Assembly (NCBI GenBank): GCA_053919585.1
Contig: CM132812.1
Strand: one strand, 5' to 3'
DNA from: Euprymna scolopes
Taxonomy: Eukaryota
Length of the DNA: 64,000 nt
The translations under genes and the position numbers were made by a program. Numbering within the stretch: the stretch's first letter is position 1; each line of letters opens with the position of its first letter. Below, piece by piece: positions 23,241 to 34,322 of this stretch. The notes under the pieces were generated by a model that was given only the letters and a program-made list of their open reading frames with translations, made no database searches and had not been told where the DNA came from.

Positions 23241-23839
23241 TCCTATCTTATTTTATTTTGTATGTGTATATGCATCTAGAAATTTGTATATTCATATATG
23301 TGTATACGGAAATAATACGCTAAATTATTAAACCATTCTTTATGATCTGAAAACGTTTCTGCCTATTTCAACTGTCCTCCCAATTTTAAAGAAACACATT
23401 TCAATTTTCATGTCTTCACAATTATCTTCCTGTCCAGGTCAAATTGACCTAATCTGACCTATATGTATCTGTTCTAAAAATAGATTTGTAACGACGGTTT
23501 TCCATCTGCCTCCTGTCCTTTTTCTTTTCTCTCCTTTTCTCTCATCTATGTCTATCTTTCTTTCTCCCTTATTTTCGGTTTCTTACTATTCTTTCTTCCT
23601 CTTCTCTTTTTCTCTTTCTTTTCATTTTCCCTCTCTTTTTCTTACTCCTCCTTTCTGAAATTTCAATTTCAATATTTATAGCTACTTCTTTAATCGCCAC
23701 TTCAACATTGCCATTTACTAAAATGGTTTGCTATTTCCTCTTCCATATTGCCTTATGCGTTACTTAAAAAAAAAAGAAAAGTTTTTATAAAAGACTTTAA
23801 TTTTACTTCTCCGTGATCTGATGGTTTCATTTTTTCTGC

Positions 23840-23912
<73 letters not shown>

Positions 23913-23913
<1 letters not shown>

Positions 23914-24858
23914 TAGCAAGGTTACCCGAAGTAGCCCAATATTGAATGATGATCAACAAATATTTCATATTCGCATATTTTGTCATCGAAATCGATGAAA
24001 TAGCCCATTTTCAATGAAATCGAATGATTGCCTGCTCTGATTATGGACCCATCGCGATGCACCTGGAAGAAGCTTTAAATGCCTCGTATGGTGTATATGC
24101 AAGTTTATGCAAAGCTCAGTTGATAATATTTTAACACTGTCTTTAAAATATGCAAATGCAAAATATATAGGTTCTTTCTCTTACCAGGCTACTTCTCTTG
24201 TAGATGCATAATAACAGGGTATTAGGACTGCATTGCAATACAGAGTATTACCGTGCAGTAGTTTCTGGCGAGGTCTCTCGAGGCCATATTAGTCGGAAGT
24301 GCTACAGTTTTCCTTTTTATTTTCAGTGGTTTATAAAGATATATATATATCCTAAAGTCAAGTATGGTGCTTCAGTTGTGATCTAAAAATAAAGAATTAT
24401 TTTGATCGCGTCCTTGTCATATCAAAGAACCTGCTGTTGATTTTATATGCATAGCATTACTGGTTGTTCAGTGATAATGGCTTGAATTTTAGATTAAAAT
24501 GAAAAAGTCAAGTATCATTGTAGAATTGTGCTTTCATTTCGAACGCGCATTTATCATATCAAAAAGCGTACTTTTAATTTTATATGTCGGGCCTTTCGAC
24601 TTGTGCGGTAATAAAACTTCTCAAATACACTTGTAATGTTACGCAGTGTGAAATATTAATTCTGGTGTAAAATGACCTGTTCCTTCTTTCATTGGATTAT
24701 TTCGATTATAGATTATCGATACTTATCGACGACATTCCGACACAAAACCTATCTAAGAGCACTGCCAGGCACATGGAAGACAGTCGTGTGAAATTTCATA
24801 AAAGTCGACCCAGCAGTTTTCGAGTCCATAAGGAACGAAGACACAGGCACAGTTCCTT
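23913..24858 (-). mobile_element. Helitron-like element, family C (extent uncertain, runs into an N-run)
   Basis: ACTAGCA.GG...TGAATGATGATC.AC.AATATTTCA is shared with 25722. The GTGAAATTTCATAAAAGTCGACCCAGCAGTTTTCGAGTCCATAAGGAA block near 24790 is similar to ~26200. Confidence 0.5.
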
Positions 24859-25142
24859 NNNNNNNNNNNNNNNNNNNNNNNNNNNNNNNNNNNNNNNNNN
24901 NNNNNNNNNNNNNNNNNNNNNNNNNNNNNNNNNNNNNNNNNNNNNNNNNNNNNNNNNNNNNNNNNNNNNNNNNNNNNNNNNNNNNNNNNNNNNNNNNNNN
25001 NNNNNNNNNNNNNNNNNNNNNNNNNNNNNNNNNNNNNNNNNNNNNNNNNNNNNNNNNNNNNNNNNNNNNNNNNNNNNNNNACACACCAACATTTTCACTG
25101 CATCAAGGCCATTTATTAAGGCATGACTAGCACTCACTTCAA

Positions 25143-25208
25143 GTCAGAAATCGAATCCGCAACTATCCAGTTGATAGTCGACGGTTCTTACTCACTGAGC
25201 TATGGGGC
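25143..25208 (-). pseudogene. tRNA-derived SINE head or tRNA pseudogene
   Basis: Minus strand CCCCATAGCTCAGTGAGTAAGA...GCGGATTCGATTTC has A- and B-box-like motifs at tRNA spacing. Confidence 0.5.
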
Positions 25209-25322
25209 AGCTTTTTTTTGCGCTCCATTTGTTTATTTATAAACAAAGCACATTGCCTTTGCTTGGTAAGCAGCAAGGGATATTATTTTTGACATTGTTC
25301 TTACACCCCCAAAAGAGCAATG

Positions 25323-25387
<65 letters not shown>

Positions 25388-25486
25388 TTCATTTACTTAC
25401 ATAGAATTAATGTACGAAAGTATACATTTATGCGTAAACTTTAAGTATTTACTTCAAAAAGTTCTCAATACATAGGTAGAGCTAGT

Positions 25487-25634
25487 TAATAAGTTATAAA
25501 ATATATATGGCAATTAAGCTACACTGAATATTCCGCGTTTCATCCACTCTAGGATTCTGAAGCCTGAAGAATCATAGAGTGGATGAAACGCGGAATATTT
25601 AGTGTAGCTTAATCGGCATATATATTTTATAACT

Positions 25635-25639
<5 letters not shown>
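25487..25639. repeat. Fold-back palindrome carrying a hammerhead ribozyme
   Basis: AAGTTATAAAATATATATG...TTAAGCTACACTGAATATTCCGCGTTTCATCCACTCTA pairs with TAGAGTGGATGAAACGCGGAATATTTAGTGTAGCTTAA...CATATATATTTTATAACTT. Confidence 0.9.
25560..25610 (+). ncRNA. Type I hammerhead ribozyme
   Basis: aagc-CTGAAGA-atca/tagagt/ggat-GAA-acgc-ggaatattta-gtgt-A^gctt. Stem I aagc:gctt, predicted GUA cleavage after 25606. The inverted arm keeps a perfect stem II (atcc:ggat) and the GAATATTC palindrome. Confidence 0.7.
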
Positions 25640-25721
<82 letters not shown>

Positions 25722-25722
<1 letters not shown>

Positions 25723-26270
25723 TAGCAGGGATGAATGATGATCCACGAATATTTCACACTCCTATATTTTTATTATTATCGGTAAATCCGTGAAATTGCC
25801 CGGGAGGAAGCTTCACATGGCTCCCTGCAGTAACTTAGTCCAAAATATATACCGTTTCTTTTATAAAATTATTTAATATAAACTTTCAAGTTAACGGGAA
25901 AAAATGAAATTAATGAGCGGTGTTTAAACCTACAAACCACGCCATGCAAAAAAAAAAAATAAATAAAATAAATAAAAACAAACAAAAAAACAAGCTATCA
26001 ACTTACCTACAGTAGAATTTTCACAGCCAGTTGTTCTATCATTGTTGCTAAGCAACTACATGGAAAAGATGGCTTTACCGAGGAACGATAAATGAAAATA
26101 ACGGTTTCGATTATCGATTATCGGTAATTATCGGGAGTATCTTGAAAAAAAAAAACTAAACAAAGATAACTCCCGGACTTCTCCACCAAAGTTCTGTAAA
26201 TTTTAAAGAAAATCTGTTCAGCCGTTTTGGAGTCTATAAGGAATGAACTCACCAAGAGAGACAAAGTTGC

Positions 26271-26280
<10 letters not shown>
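25722..26280 (-). mobile_element. Non-autonomous Helitron-like element, family C
   Basis: ACTAG at the left end (3' CTAG|T). Right end reads ...TATATAAAGGC on the minus strand. Internal GACTCCAAAACGGCTGAACAGATTTTCTTTAAAATTT motif. Both flanks are (TA)n. Confidence 0.6.
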
Positions 26281-26326
<46 letters not shown>

Positions 26327-26439
26327 TCCAAAGTATAAAAAAGGCATAATTATTTTTCAAAGATAACCTAATAAAACGTTTTCAAAACATATTTGAAGCA
26401 TCGTAATAGCTATTGATTAATGTTTTAAATTTTAGCCTT

Positions 26440-26659
26440 GCAGCAAACATGTTTTCATAACGAAGTCATTATGGTCAAAGGAAAAAGTAAATCGTTTGGG
26501 TTTCGATTCTCAGTGATGGAGCAGGAATCATTTTTTTTTTTAACTTTTTAAATGATTACTAAATATTGGGTCAAAAATAATATAACAAATACTAAATCTG
26601 CATTCATCAAAATATCATATTTAAGCGTATTTTACGACCGGACAATGCCTAGTGGCCTG

Positions 26660-26662
<3 letters not shown>
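26440..26662 (+). mobile_element. 3' fragment of Helitron family B
   Basis: GGTTTCGATTC...AAAATATCATATTTAAGCGTATTTTACGACCGG matches the 3' ends of the 11913-13278 units. Confidence 0.55.
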
Positions 26663-26713
<51 letters not shown>

Positions 26714-27019
26714 GAAAATGATATTTAGATCAAATGTCACATGTAAAATATTCTAACAAATTATGAAATTTGCGTACGCTTCTAGAGAAATTTTATTAAA
26801 TTGTTGGTAAAAGTTTGCAAGAACATTAAAAATGTACAATTTCTTTTTCACTTGAAAAACATACTGAAAACAGATATCAAGCTAACGGCACATATATCAG
26901 CGATGGCATACTTACATTTGCTGAAATACAGGAAAAAGATATAAAAAGAATTCATATTTCAGTGAAATCATGAATTTTAATGTTGTTTACCAATGAATCC
27001 TTATTTACAAAGAGCAAAG

Positions 27020-27682
27020 AGGATTTAATAAGCATGGGAGAATGGTAGATTTGTAGAGGTGCATACTCTCAGGTGTGAGTAGTTTTCTAGAACGATAGAA
27101 GGATCCTACCTTTTTTGTGCAGCAGCCTTCGCAATGTCCTCAATTTATTTGTTCCAGTTTTTATTTCCTGGGGATATTAAGCCGAGGATTTAGAAGGTAG
27201 CATTCTCAGGTAGGGTGTTATTTATCATTAATATCCATGGCTGTAAAGACTTCTTGTAAGTGTTACAGGAGAGCAGCTTAGTATTATTGGCATAAAATGC
27301 TACCATCCATTTGCAGCATCATTCCACCACAGCCTTCAGGTCATTTTCTAAGGATTCAGCCATTGTCTTAAATTTGTTTATATTCATTCTTCCCTTGTAC
27401 ATGTTAATGAGCATTGTATCATCAGAAAACATACTTATCTCGGGCACAATACTAATATTATCAGCGAGATCGTTAATGAATATAAGGAATAATAGTGATC
27501 CAATAATCGAGTCCTGGGAACTCCCACATTAAGTTTATGCTGTTTGGATGCGCATCCATCAATGGTAACCTGGTCGGTCCTATTGTATGAGAAAGGTCTA
27601 ATTATATTTAGTGTACGTCTAGTTATACCGTACCATTTAATTTTCATTAGCAGCCCTTCGTCCAGATTTTGTCAAAGGCCCT
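27020..27682 (-). mobile_element. Degenerate CR1/L2-group LINE reverse transcriptase fragment
   Basis: Minus strand AFDKIWTKGLLMKIKWYGI...VTIDG...NVGVP, frameshift, then SIIGSLLFLIFINDLAD...MFSDDT...LENDLKAV...VGSFYRSRKLLT...LYKSTI. Stops present. Confidence 0.85.
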
Positions 27683-27690
27683 ATATATAT

Positions 27691-27748
<58 letters not shown>

Positions 27749-27992
27749 GTAGTAATTCAATAAATTTAAAATTTATGACGTGAAATGGTTAAATTTCAAA
27801 TAAAAATGTTTTATTATTATATGTAAGACAAAGAATACAAATGTATTCTTTGTGTTATTCGTCCAGCGTACGCCGACTCAATTTGGATTATAATTCCTAA
27901 CCAGCATGTATATACCATTTCGAGGAGATGACATCTTTTTACTAATGAGGTTCACCACTAATCAAACCCTAAGCGTTTCTTGAGGATCATAA

Positions 27993-28390
27993 TCTATTAT
28001 ATAAACCTCACCTGTCTGTAAGTGTGTGTGTATGCAGATATGTACGCTTGTATGTCTGCCTAAAACTTTCGACAGAGGCTACGGATTTTCACGATATAGA
28101 AAAATTAGCCAAAAACATTTATTCCTTCATCCTCAACTAAGCACTTTTTTACAGGGAGGGGTCGCTTTTTCCGCCGATATATTCAAAAGTCATCCTTTCT
28201 TTTTGATTGTCTACCCTTAATTTAAACCTATGTCACTTCCGGTTTGGCGATGGGCGCAACAGCTAGCGCTTTTTTTCACTTTCCTTTCCTCCTTTGCCTC
28301 ACGGGTTTGAGCCTGCCTGCCTACTACCACGTATTTTTTTGCTCAACACACACCCACAAACACCCGGGCAACACCGGGCACTCAGGCTAG
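27993..28390 (+). mobile_element. Non-autonomous Helitron, canonical termini
   Basis: A|TCTATTATATAAACC...CTGTCTGT...TTTGCTCAACACACACCCACAAACACCCGGGCAACACCGGGCACTCAGG-CTAG|T. The 3' terminus is shared with family A but the body differs. Confidence 0.8.
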
Positions 28391-28564
28391 TATCTTATAA
28401 ATCTGAAGATTCTATTATCGGCATTGGCTTCCTCAATATTTTTCTAGTCAGAATTATTTTCAGGAAACATCACGGATTAAGAGAAGATTGTCAATATCCT
28501 AAGTGAAAGTGAAAGTGATCCCTGTGGAATAAATTGGATTCGAACTTGAGGGCTTCTGTCTCAA

Positions 28565-28654
28565 CATATACGGCATAATCACATTGACACACGGGTTTTC
28601 GTTAGATCACCGAAGTTAAGCAACGTTGAGCCTAGTTAGTACCGAATGGGTGAC
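28565..28654 (+). pseudogene. 5S rRNA-derived fragment (SINE3-like head or pseudogene)
   Basis: GATCACCGAAGTTAAGCAACGTTGAGCCTAGTTAGTACCGAATGGGTGAC matches the metazoan 5S internal control region. Confidence 0.8.
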
Positions 28655-28854
28655 AAATTTAATCATTTCAGGGGTTTTATGTTGAAGGAAATCGACATGT
28701 CCCTGCAAGAGTTTCAAAAACCCAACGTCGGCATCTCGTATAACTGGGATATGCATGCGATTAGGTATCGCATGTGAATTTAATGCTCCCATGGAACTTC
28801 TTCCTTTGGAGAAAACCGGCTAAACCCGCATAGAATTAGTGCCGTCTCCCTCAT

Positions 28855-29005
28855 GCTCTTTCTCAACCTTCAAGTCAAACTTTGACAACCATCGCCAAGA
28901 TTTTTCATTGTCCACAATCTCTGGTATACCCCTACTGAATTGCCCATGCATTTTCTTCTCAAACCACTTATTTTTCGCTTTTTGTTCATTTTATTGCCTT
29001 AAATT
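28855..29005 (-). mobile_element. R4/Dong-like (RLE-clade) non-LTR retrotransposon fragment
   Basis: Minus strand KNKWFEKKMHGQFSRGIPEIVDNEKSWRWLSKFDLKVEKE matches the W..K.MHGQF.R...SW.WL....LK.ETE motif that follows the RT domain in R4-type elements. Confidence 0.7.
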
Positions 29006-29299
29006 CTAGGCTTCCTACTAATTCGCTCGCTTGCAATTTTTCTAAATTTTGACACACGTGTTATAAGCTTGTCCTTCCGTTGGAGATGTAAAATTTCAGA
29101 CCATTTTCTTCTTTTTTATGTAGATCGTCAGTTCTGTCTCGTTAACAACTGGATTACTGTCACCACACGAGTTTAAAGGAGTGCCAGTTATACGATGATA
29201 CAAAACTGTGATGACTCGTAATGATGAGTGGCGCATAGTATTACCAATTGGTCACAAATTTTGTTATCGCTTAACTTCGCTTAACTCCGGTTTAGTTCG

Positions 29300-29356
29300 G
29301 TTAACTTCGGTGATCTAACGAGAATCAGTGCATCAACGTGTGTATGTTGTATATAG
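29300..29356 (-). pseudogene. 5S rRNA-derived 5' fragment
   Basis: Minus strand TACAACATACACACGTTGATGCACTGATTCTCGTTAGATCACCGAAGTTAA. Confidence 0.7.
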
Positions 29357-29877
29357 GTGGAGGTAATCGCCGTCAAGTTGCTGGAGACGTCATAATTCAA
29401 CTTTAATTTACTGTTAATTTGGTAATTTTCGAATTGATCAGCGAGGGGAAATAATCAATTTCATCTTGCCTAGATCTCGTCATAACTAGTAACTTCTGTC
29501 ATGCCCCTGTTAGAATGAAAATTGCCTTTTTTTTTTTACTCTTTTAGGAGTACGAACGTCAGAACAATCTCTCAGAAGGCAGACACTGCATTACAATTCG
29601 TTCAAACAACAAAACAAAGGGGGAAAAATTGCAATAAATAAACGTGTTCTATTCCGGAACGCATTGAACTTGGGTGATTTCTTTCAGTGAATTGTGGGTC
29701 ACGTGTTGCTATGCGCATTATGACGTAATATCGATTCGCACGTTTGTATTGCTTGTTTGTTAGACCATATCAGCCGTATTTGGATGATCTTCTTCCTCGA
29801 CCCTTATTATTCAATGTTAATAAATATAATACAGTACATACAAAGAAGGAAACATGAATGAATTAAAGAAGAAAGCG

Positions 29878-29944
<67 letters not shown>

Positions 29945-30050
29945 GTGTGTGTGTGTGTGTGTTATTTGTTTTTGTTTTTGCGATACGTATTGAATGAATT
30001 CAATTAGTTACGAAAATGCATTTTTACCTAAATGCGAGTTGGGAATAATT

Positions 30051-30179
30051 TTATATATATAGTATTTTTAAAATATAATTATCCACTGACACGTGTTTCG
30101 TCGTCTACGACTCATCAGCCACTCTGATGAGTCGTAGATGACGAAACACGTGTCAGTGGATTATTATATTTAAAAAATG

Positions 30180-30190
<11 letters not shown>
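30051..30190. repeat. Fold-back palindrome with hammerhead cores on both strands
   Basis: ATCCACTGACACGTGTTTCGTCGTCTACGACTCATCAG-ccact-CTGATGAGTCGTAGATGACGAAACACGTGTCAGTGGAT. Flanked by (TA)n-like tracts. Confidence 0.92.
30119..30159 (+). ncRNA. Minimal type I hammerhead ribozyme, intact
   Basis: ccact-CTGATGA-gtcg/taga/tgac-GAA-acacgtgt-C^agtgg. Perfect 5-bp stem I, 4-bp stem II, palindromic stem III. Predicted GUC cleavage after 30154. Confidence 0.9.
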
Positions 30191-30224
<34 letters not shown>

Positions 30225-30555
30225 GAGTTATGTGTTCCTCAACATTTCGTCTTTATCTCGAGACTTACCCTGGATCAATAAAATTAAGAAAACAAAAACA
30301 CTAGTAAAAATATTTGAACATTTTCTTGTGAAAAGTGTGACGCTTTCCAATTTAGGAAAAACANNNNNNNNNNNNNNNNNNNNNNNNNNNNNNNNNNNNN
30401 NNNNNNNNNNNNNNNNNNNNNNNNNNNNNNNNNNNNNNNNNNNNNNNNNNNNNNNNNNNNNNNNNNNNNNNNNNNNNNNNNNNNNNNNNNNNNNNNNNNN
30501 NNNNNNNNNAGGGAAAATGACGAAATTATGAGCGTATTATTTATTTGTATTTTTA

Positions 30556-30761
30556 CTTACATAAAGTGTAGATGAGATAAGCCATCGGTATCGTCGGTTT
30601 CAAACCTGATAATAGGGACAGTTTTAGATGCCCATATCAAGTTCTTTTCATCTCTGAGTATCGGCTGAAGAGAATTTTATATGGGTATCTAAAACGGTCC
30701 CCTCTTATCAGGTTTGAAACCGACGATACCGATGACTTATCTCATCTACACTTTCTGTAAA
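30556..30761. repeat. Fold-back palindrome with an extended-stem-II hammerhead-like motif (30660-30733, + strand)
   Basis: Arms ~95 bp. The + strand reads atcgg-CTGAAGA-[44-nt stem-loop]-GAAAC-cgacg-ATA^ccgat. Confidence 0.8.
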
Positions 30762-30762
30762 T

Positions 30763-31033
30763 ATAATCGCGTTGAGACACCGGTTCTTGTCAGATCACCG
30801 AAGTTAAGCAACGTTGAGCCTGGTTAGTACCAGATGGGTGACCATTAGGGAATTCTAGGCGCTGCATGTGCTCTCCGCTTATCTGCGCATTTGTTTCCGG
30901 TTGCCCTGTACTTTACTTGCCACTGTGTTTCAGGACAGGTGAGGTTGGAGATTGCGCACGTCCTGCAACAAAAAATTTCACGCGCAGCAACCCTTCGTGG
31001 GTATCCATAATCTGTTCACGACTTAAGGACCCT

Positions 31034-31038
<5 letters not shown>
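30763..31038 (+). mobile_element. 5S rRNA-derived SINE (SINE3-like): 5S head, unrelated body, (TA)n tail
   Basis: CGTTGAGACACCGGTTCTTGTCAGATCACCGAAGTTAAGCAACGTTGAGCCTGGTTAGTACCAGATGGGTGACCATTAGGGAATTCTAGGCGCTG follows 5S rRNA. About 170 bp of relatively GC-rich body follows, then (TA)n. Confidence 0.7.
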
Positions 31039-31112
<74 letters not shown>

Positions 31113-32059
31113 TTGAAGTTTTTAACATTTGAAACTATACAAAAAATTACTTTTTATCATTCGTTAAAAAAAACCCATCTAGTCAGTAAATCATTTAATC
31201 ACCTGCAATCACTGCATCCACTCTCTCGAANNNNNNNNNNNNNNNNNNNNNNNNNNNNNNNNNNNNNNNNNNNNNNNNNNNNNNNNNNNNNNNNNNNNNN
31301 NNNNNNNNNNNNNNNNNNNNNNNNNNNNNNNNNNNNNNNNNNNNNNNNNNNNNNNNNNNNNNNNNTAAATATCTACTAGAGAGAACATTACTGCCTTCTA
31401 GACACTGTCTTTGAGTGTTTAAGATCTCTCTGTGCAGGAGTTAGTCAGAAAAAGTTGTTACGAGTATACTCCCGCCATAAAGAAAACTAACTAAATATCT
31501 TAAAAGCATAATGTTCAAAGCCCAAAATGATATCCGCGATATGGCTACCCCTTACTGACTTATACGAGGAGTGCTTCAAGTTCCCCAATTGATTTTGCCT
31601 ATAGTGACGTCATTGAGTTGGATAGTCCACCATACTAGACACATTTTTGTCCTGGCACCGATAAGATCGAGATAACAAGAGAGATACACTATGACAGTTA
31701 ACTAAAAGTAAAGGATAAATTATGTCATAACTGTAATAGAATATTCAAATATTTATCTACCTTATATAAAGCTAGAAATGGGAATCTTTGCTTTTTTATA
31801 ACTTAAACGNNNNNNNNNNNNNNNNNNNNNNNNNNNNNNNNNNNNNNNNNNNNNNNNNNNNNNNNNNNNNNNNNNNNNNNNNNNNNNNNNNNNNNNNNNN
31901 NNNNNNNNNNNNNNNNNNNNNNNNNNNNNNNNNNNNNNNNNNNNNNNNNNGTATACACTCTTTAAATTATCTCAACTTGCTACATGAATACGCTATGCCA
32001 CGTTCCCAAGGGATGAATGGCACTGCCAATAGGATGGAATACTTTTTCACTATCATCAT

Positions 32060-32340
32060 GACGTAAGAGCGAAGAGGAATTATTGAGTACTGTCCACGCT
32101 CACCGGAATTGACCTTCCCCATGGGTTTTTCTCTTTTTGTGGGGGCACAATTGGATGGCATGTAAAACACAGGGTTCATACCACAAAACGAACTACAATG
32201 AATGAGTTGAAAGCAACCAGTGAAAGAAGATGTGTCAACACACCAATTGTACTGATTGGGAACGTTTTCGATCCAATCAGTGAGCATTGTCAGCTGCTCA
32301 TGATCCATAATAGACAATATCTTGAACACTTTCGATAATT
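32060..32340 (+). mobile_element. Tc1/mariner transposase C-terminal pseudogene fragment
   Basis: RRGIIEYCPRSPELT...FLWGH...VKHRVHTTKRTTMNELK...RQYLEHFR* resembles WPPRSPDLTPLDFFLWG.LK.KVY...ELK...G.HFEH. Frameshifted. Confidence 0.7.
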
Positions 32341-32400
32341 AGATGGTTTCTATATTTGTTCACAATATTTTGATGTATGAAACTTTTCTTTCTTACACTA

Positions 32401-32469
<69 letters not shown>

Positions 32470-32477
<8 letters not shown>

Positions 32478-32750
32478 CAAATAATATTAAAAATATAATG
32501 GATAGATTTCATATAGAGAGAATCATGAAGATATAATGCGCCCAGCACCGCTCCCTTCTAGCTTCAAAATAATTCCCTGACTATATAACGACTAGTGAAA
32601 CATAAATTATTTTCGTAAGTATTTTACAAACTCAGCATTTGTAGAAGGAAATGATAACTTTAAGAGAATATTCCAATATATATATCTACCTTATATAACG
32701 CGGTAAAAGGGACTTTGATGTTTTAGAACTTTAGCAGGAGTAAAATAGAT

Positions 32751-32814
<64 letters not shown>

Positions 32815-32912
32815 CAAATAACATTAAAAATATAATGGATAGATTCTATATAGAGAAAGTCATCAAGATATAAAGCGCTCAGTACCGCTCCCCCCTAGCT
32901 TCAAAATAATAT
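32470..32912 (+). repeat. Direct duplication of a ~100-bp block (32470-32573 and 32808-32910), each after (TA)n
   Basis: TAAGCAAATAA.ATTAAAAATATAATGGATAGATT...ACCGCTCCC..CTAGCTTCAAAATAAT occurs twice. Confidence 0.8.
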
Positions 32913-33207
32913 CTATATATATAAATTCGTATTCCTGTCTGTTTGTTCACAATTTGATTAATATATACAAAACGTGCCTTACTTTAATCTTTCATTTATT
33001 TCCATATATAGTATGATACTTGCAAAAATGTACAATTAAGAGATCACCTTATTTGCATATGACATAAGGGAAAATCGATTTTACTAAATAGCGGTATCTT
33101 AGTTAATGTTTGTAGCGAGATAATTATTTTAAACTTAAACAACAATTATATTCAAGCAATGTAAAGTCAAACATTTTAGAAAACATTTTTTAATGAATTT
33201 AAATAAG

Positions 33208-33546
33208 AAAATTTGAAAACCTGAAAATGTTGAGAAATGAAAAAATAAAAAAAAGTAAAAAAAAATGTTTTCTAATGTGTGTGACTTAACATTGCTTAAA
33301 TTTCGAGCGCCTAAACCGAGCAACAACACACGGATTTTAACAGTTATCGAAACAGGACAAATTTTTCTTCGGGAGGCTGCGACCTCATTACATCATTATG
33401 AAGAAGAAAAAAAATGAATCGGACTGATCTCCTTGATAAAGCCATGGTATTGGCGAAAATTCGGAATTTAATAACAACATCAAAGAAAAAATAAATAAAA
33501 TAAATGATTTATCATGTCTCAACATTTTCAGGTTTTCAAATTTTTT
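33208..33546. repeat. ~35-bp inverted repeat pair (MITE-like)
   Basis: AAAATTTGAAAACCTGAAAATGTTGAGA pairs with TCTCAACATTTTCAGGTTTTCAAATTTT. Confidence 0.7.
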
Positions 33547-34256
33547 TTTTATAACAATTATATTGATAATATATTTACTTTAATTTATTTGGAATAATAT
33601 TTCTAACAGCGAGTATTTTTAAAACTTTTTTAGAGTTATTTTCCACTAGATGCTATACATAAAAACAAACGTTCACCAAATAAAATCATTTGGTAATCTC
33701 ATTAAGTTTCTAACTAATTAAGACCGTGTAGATAGAAAAATGTTTGGCTTTTGTTGTTTTTTTTTAAATATTCAAAACCAAAACTTACAAAACCTGAAAA
33801 GATTTCATTTGTTTGTTTTATTTCATTCCTTAAACAGCTATACAGAAATCGGTAAATTTTTACCATGTAACGCTACATCATTTACTACCTTAAAAAATGA
33901 AGATCTACTGCCCCACCTCTAAATTCCAGAATTTATACTTTTTTTCACGTTAATCTCATCGATTACAAAGTTAACTTTCTAATTAAAAAGGTAACTTTAT
34001 ACGACGTGCCGTTTAACCCCTAAAAAATCAAAATGTACTTTTTTTAGCCGAATACATTTGAACGGCCTTTATAAATATTATGAGAGAAGAAATATTGAAA
34101 AGGAAAATAACATGTTAATGTGTGGGATCACTTTTAAAAATAATGAATAAATAATACGTCCAAATCAAAAATGGGCGACTTTCTAAGAAAAACACCGGTT
34201 CTTCGAGGCGGAGACATAAACATTACTATCGTTTAAAAAAATCAAAACAAAAACCA

Positions 34257-34322
<66 letters not shown>

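Noticed and set aside
30763-30865. Functional 5S rRNA gene
   Set aside because: The 5' end is truncated or altered, there are several substitutions and indels, no oligo-T terminator follows, and it is not in a tandem array.
31967-32329. 120-aa minus-strand ORF
   Set aside because: It is the antisense of the Tc1/mariner transposase remnant on the + strand.
8330-32480. Many YIYIYI/CVCV and poly-X ORFs
   Set aside because: These are translations of (TA)n/(CA)n microsatellites or N-runs.
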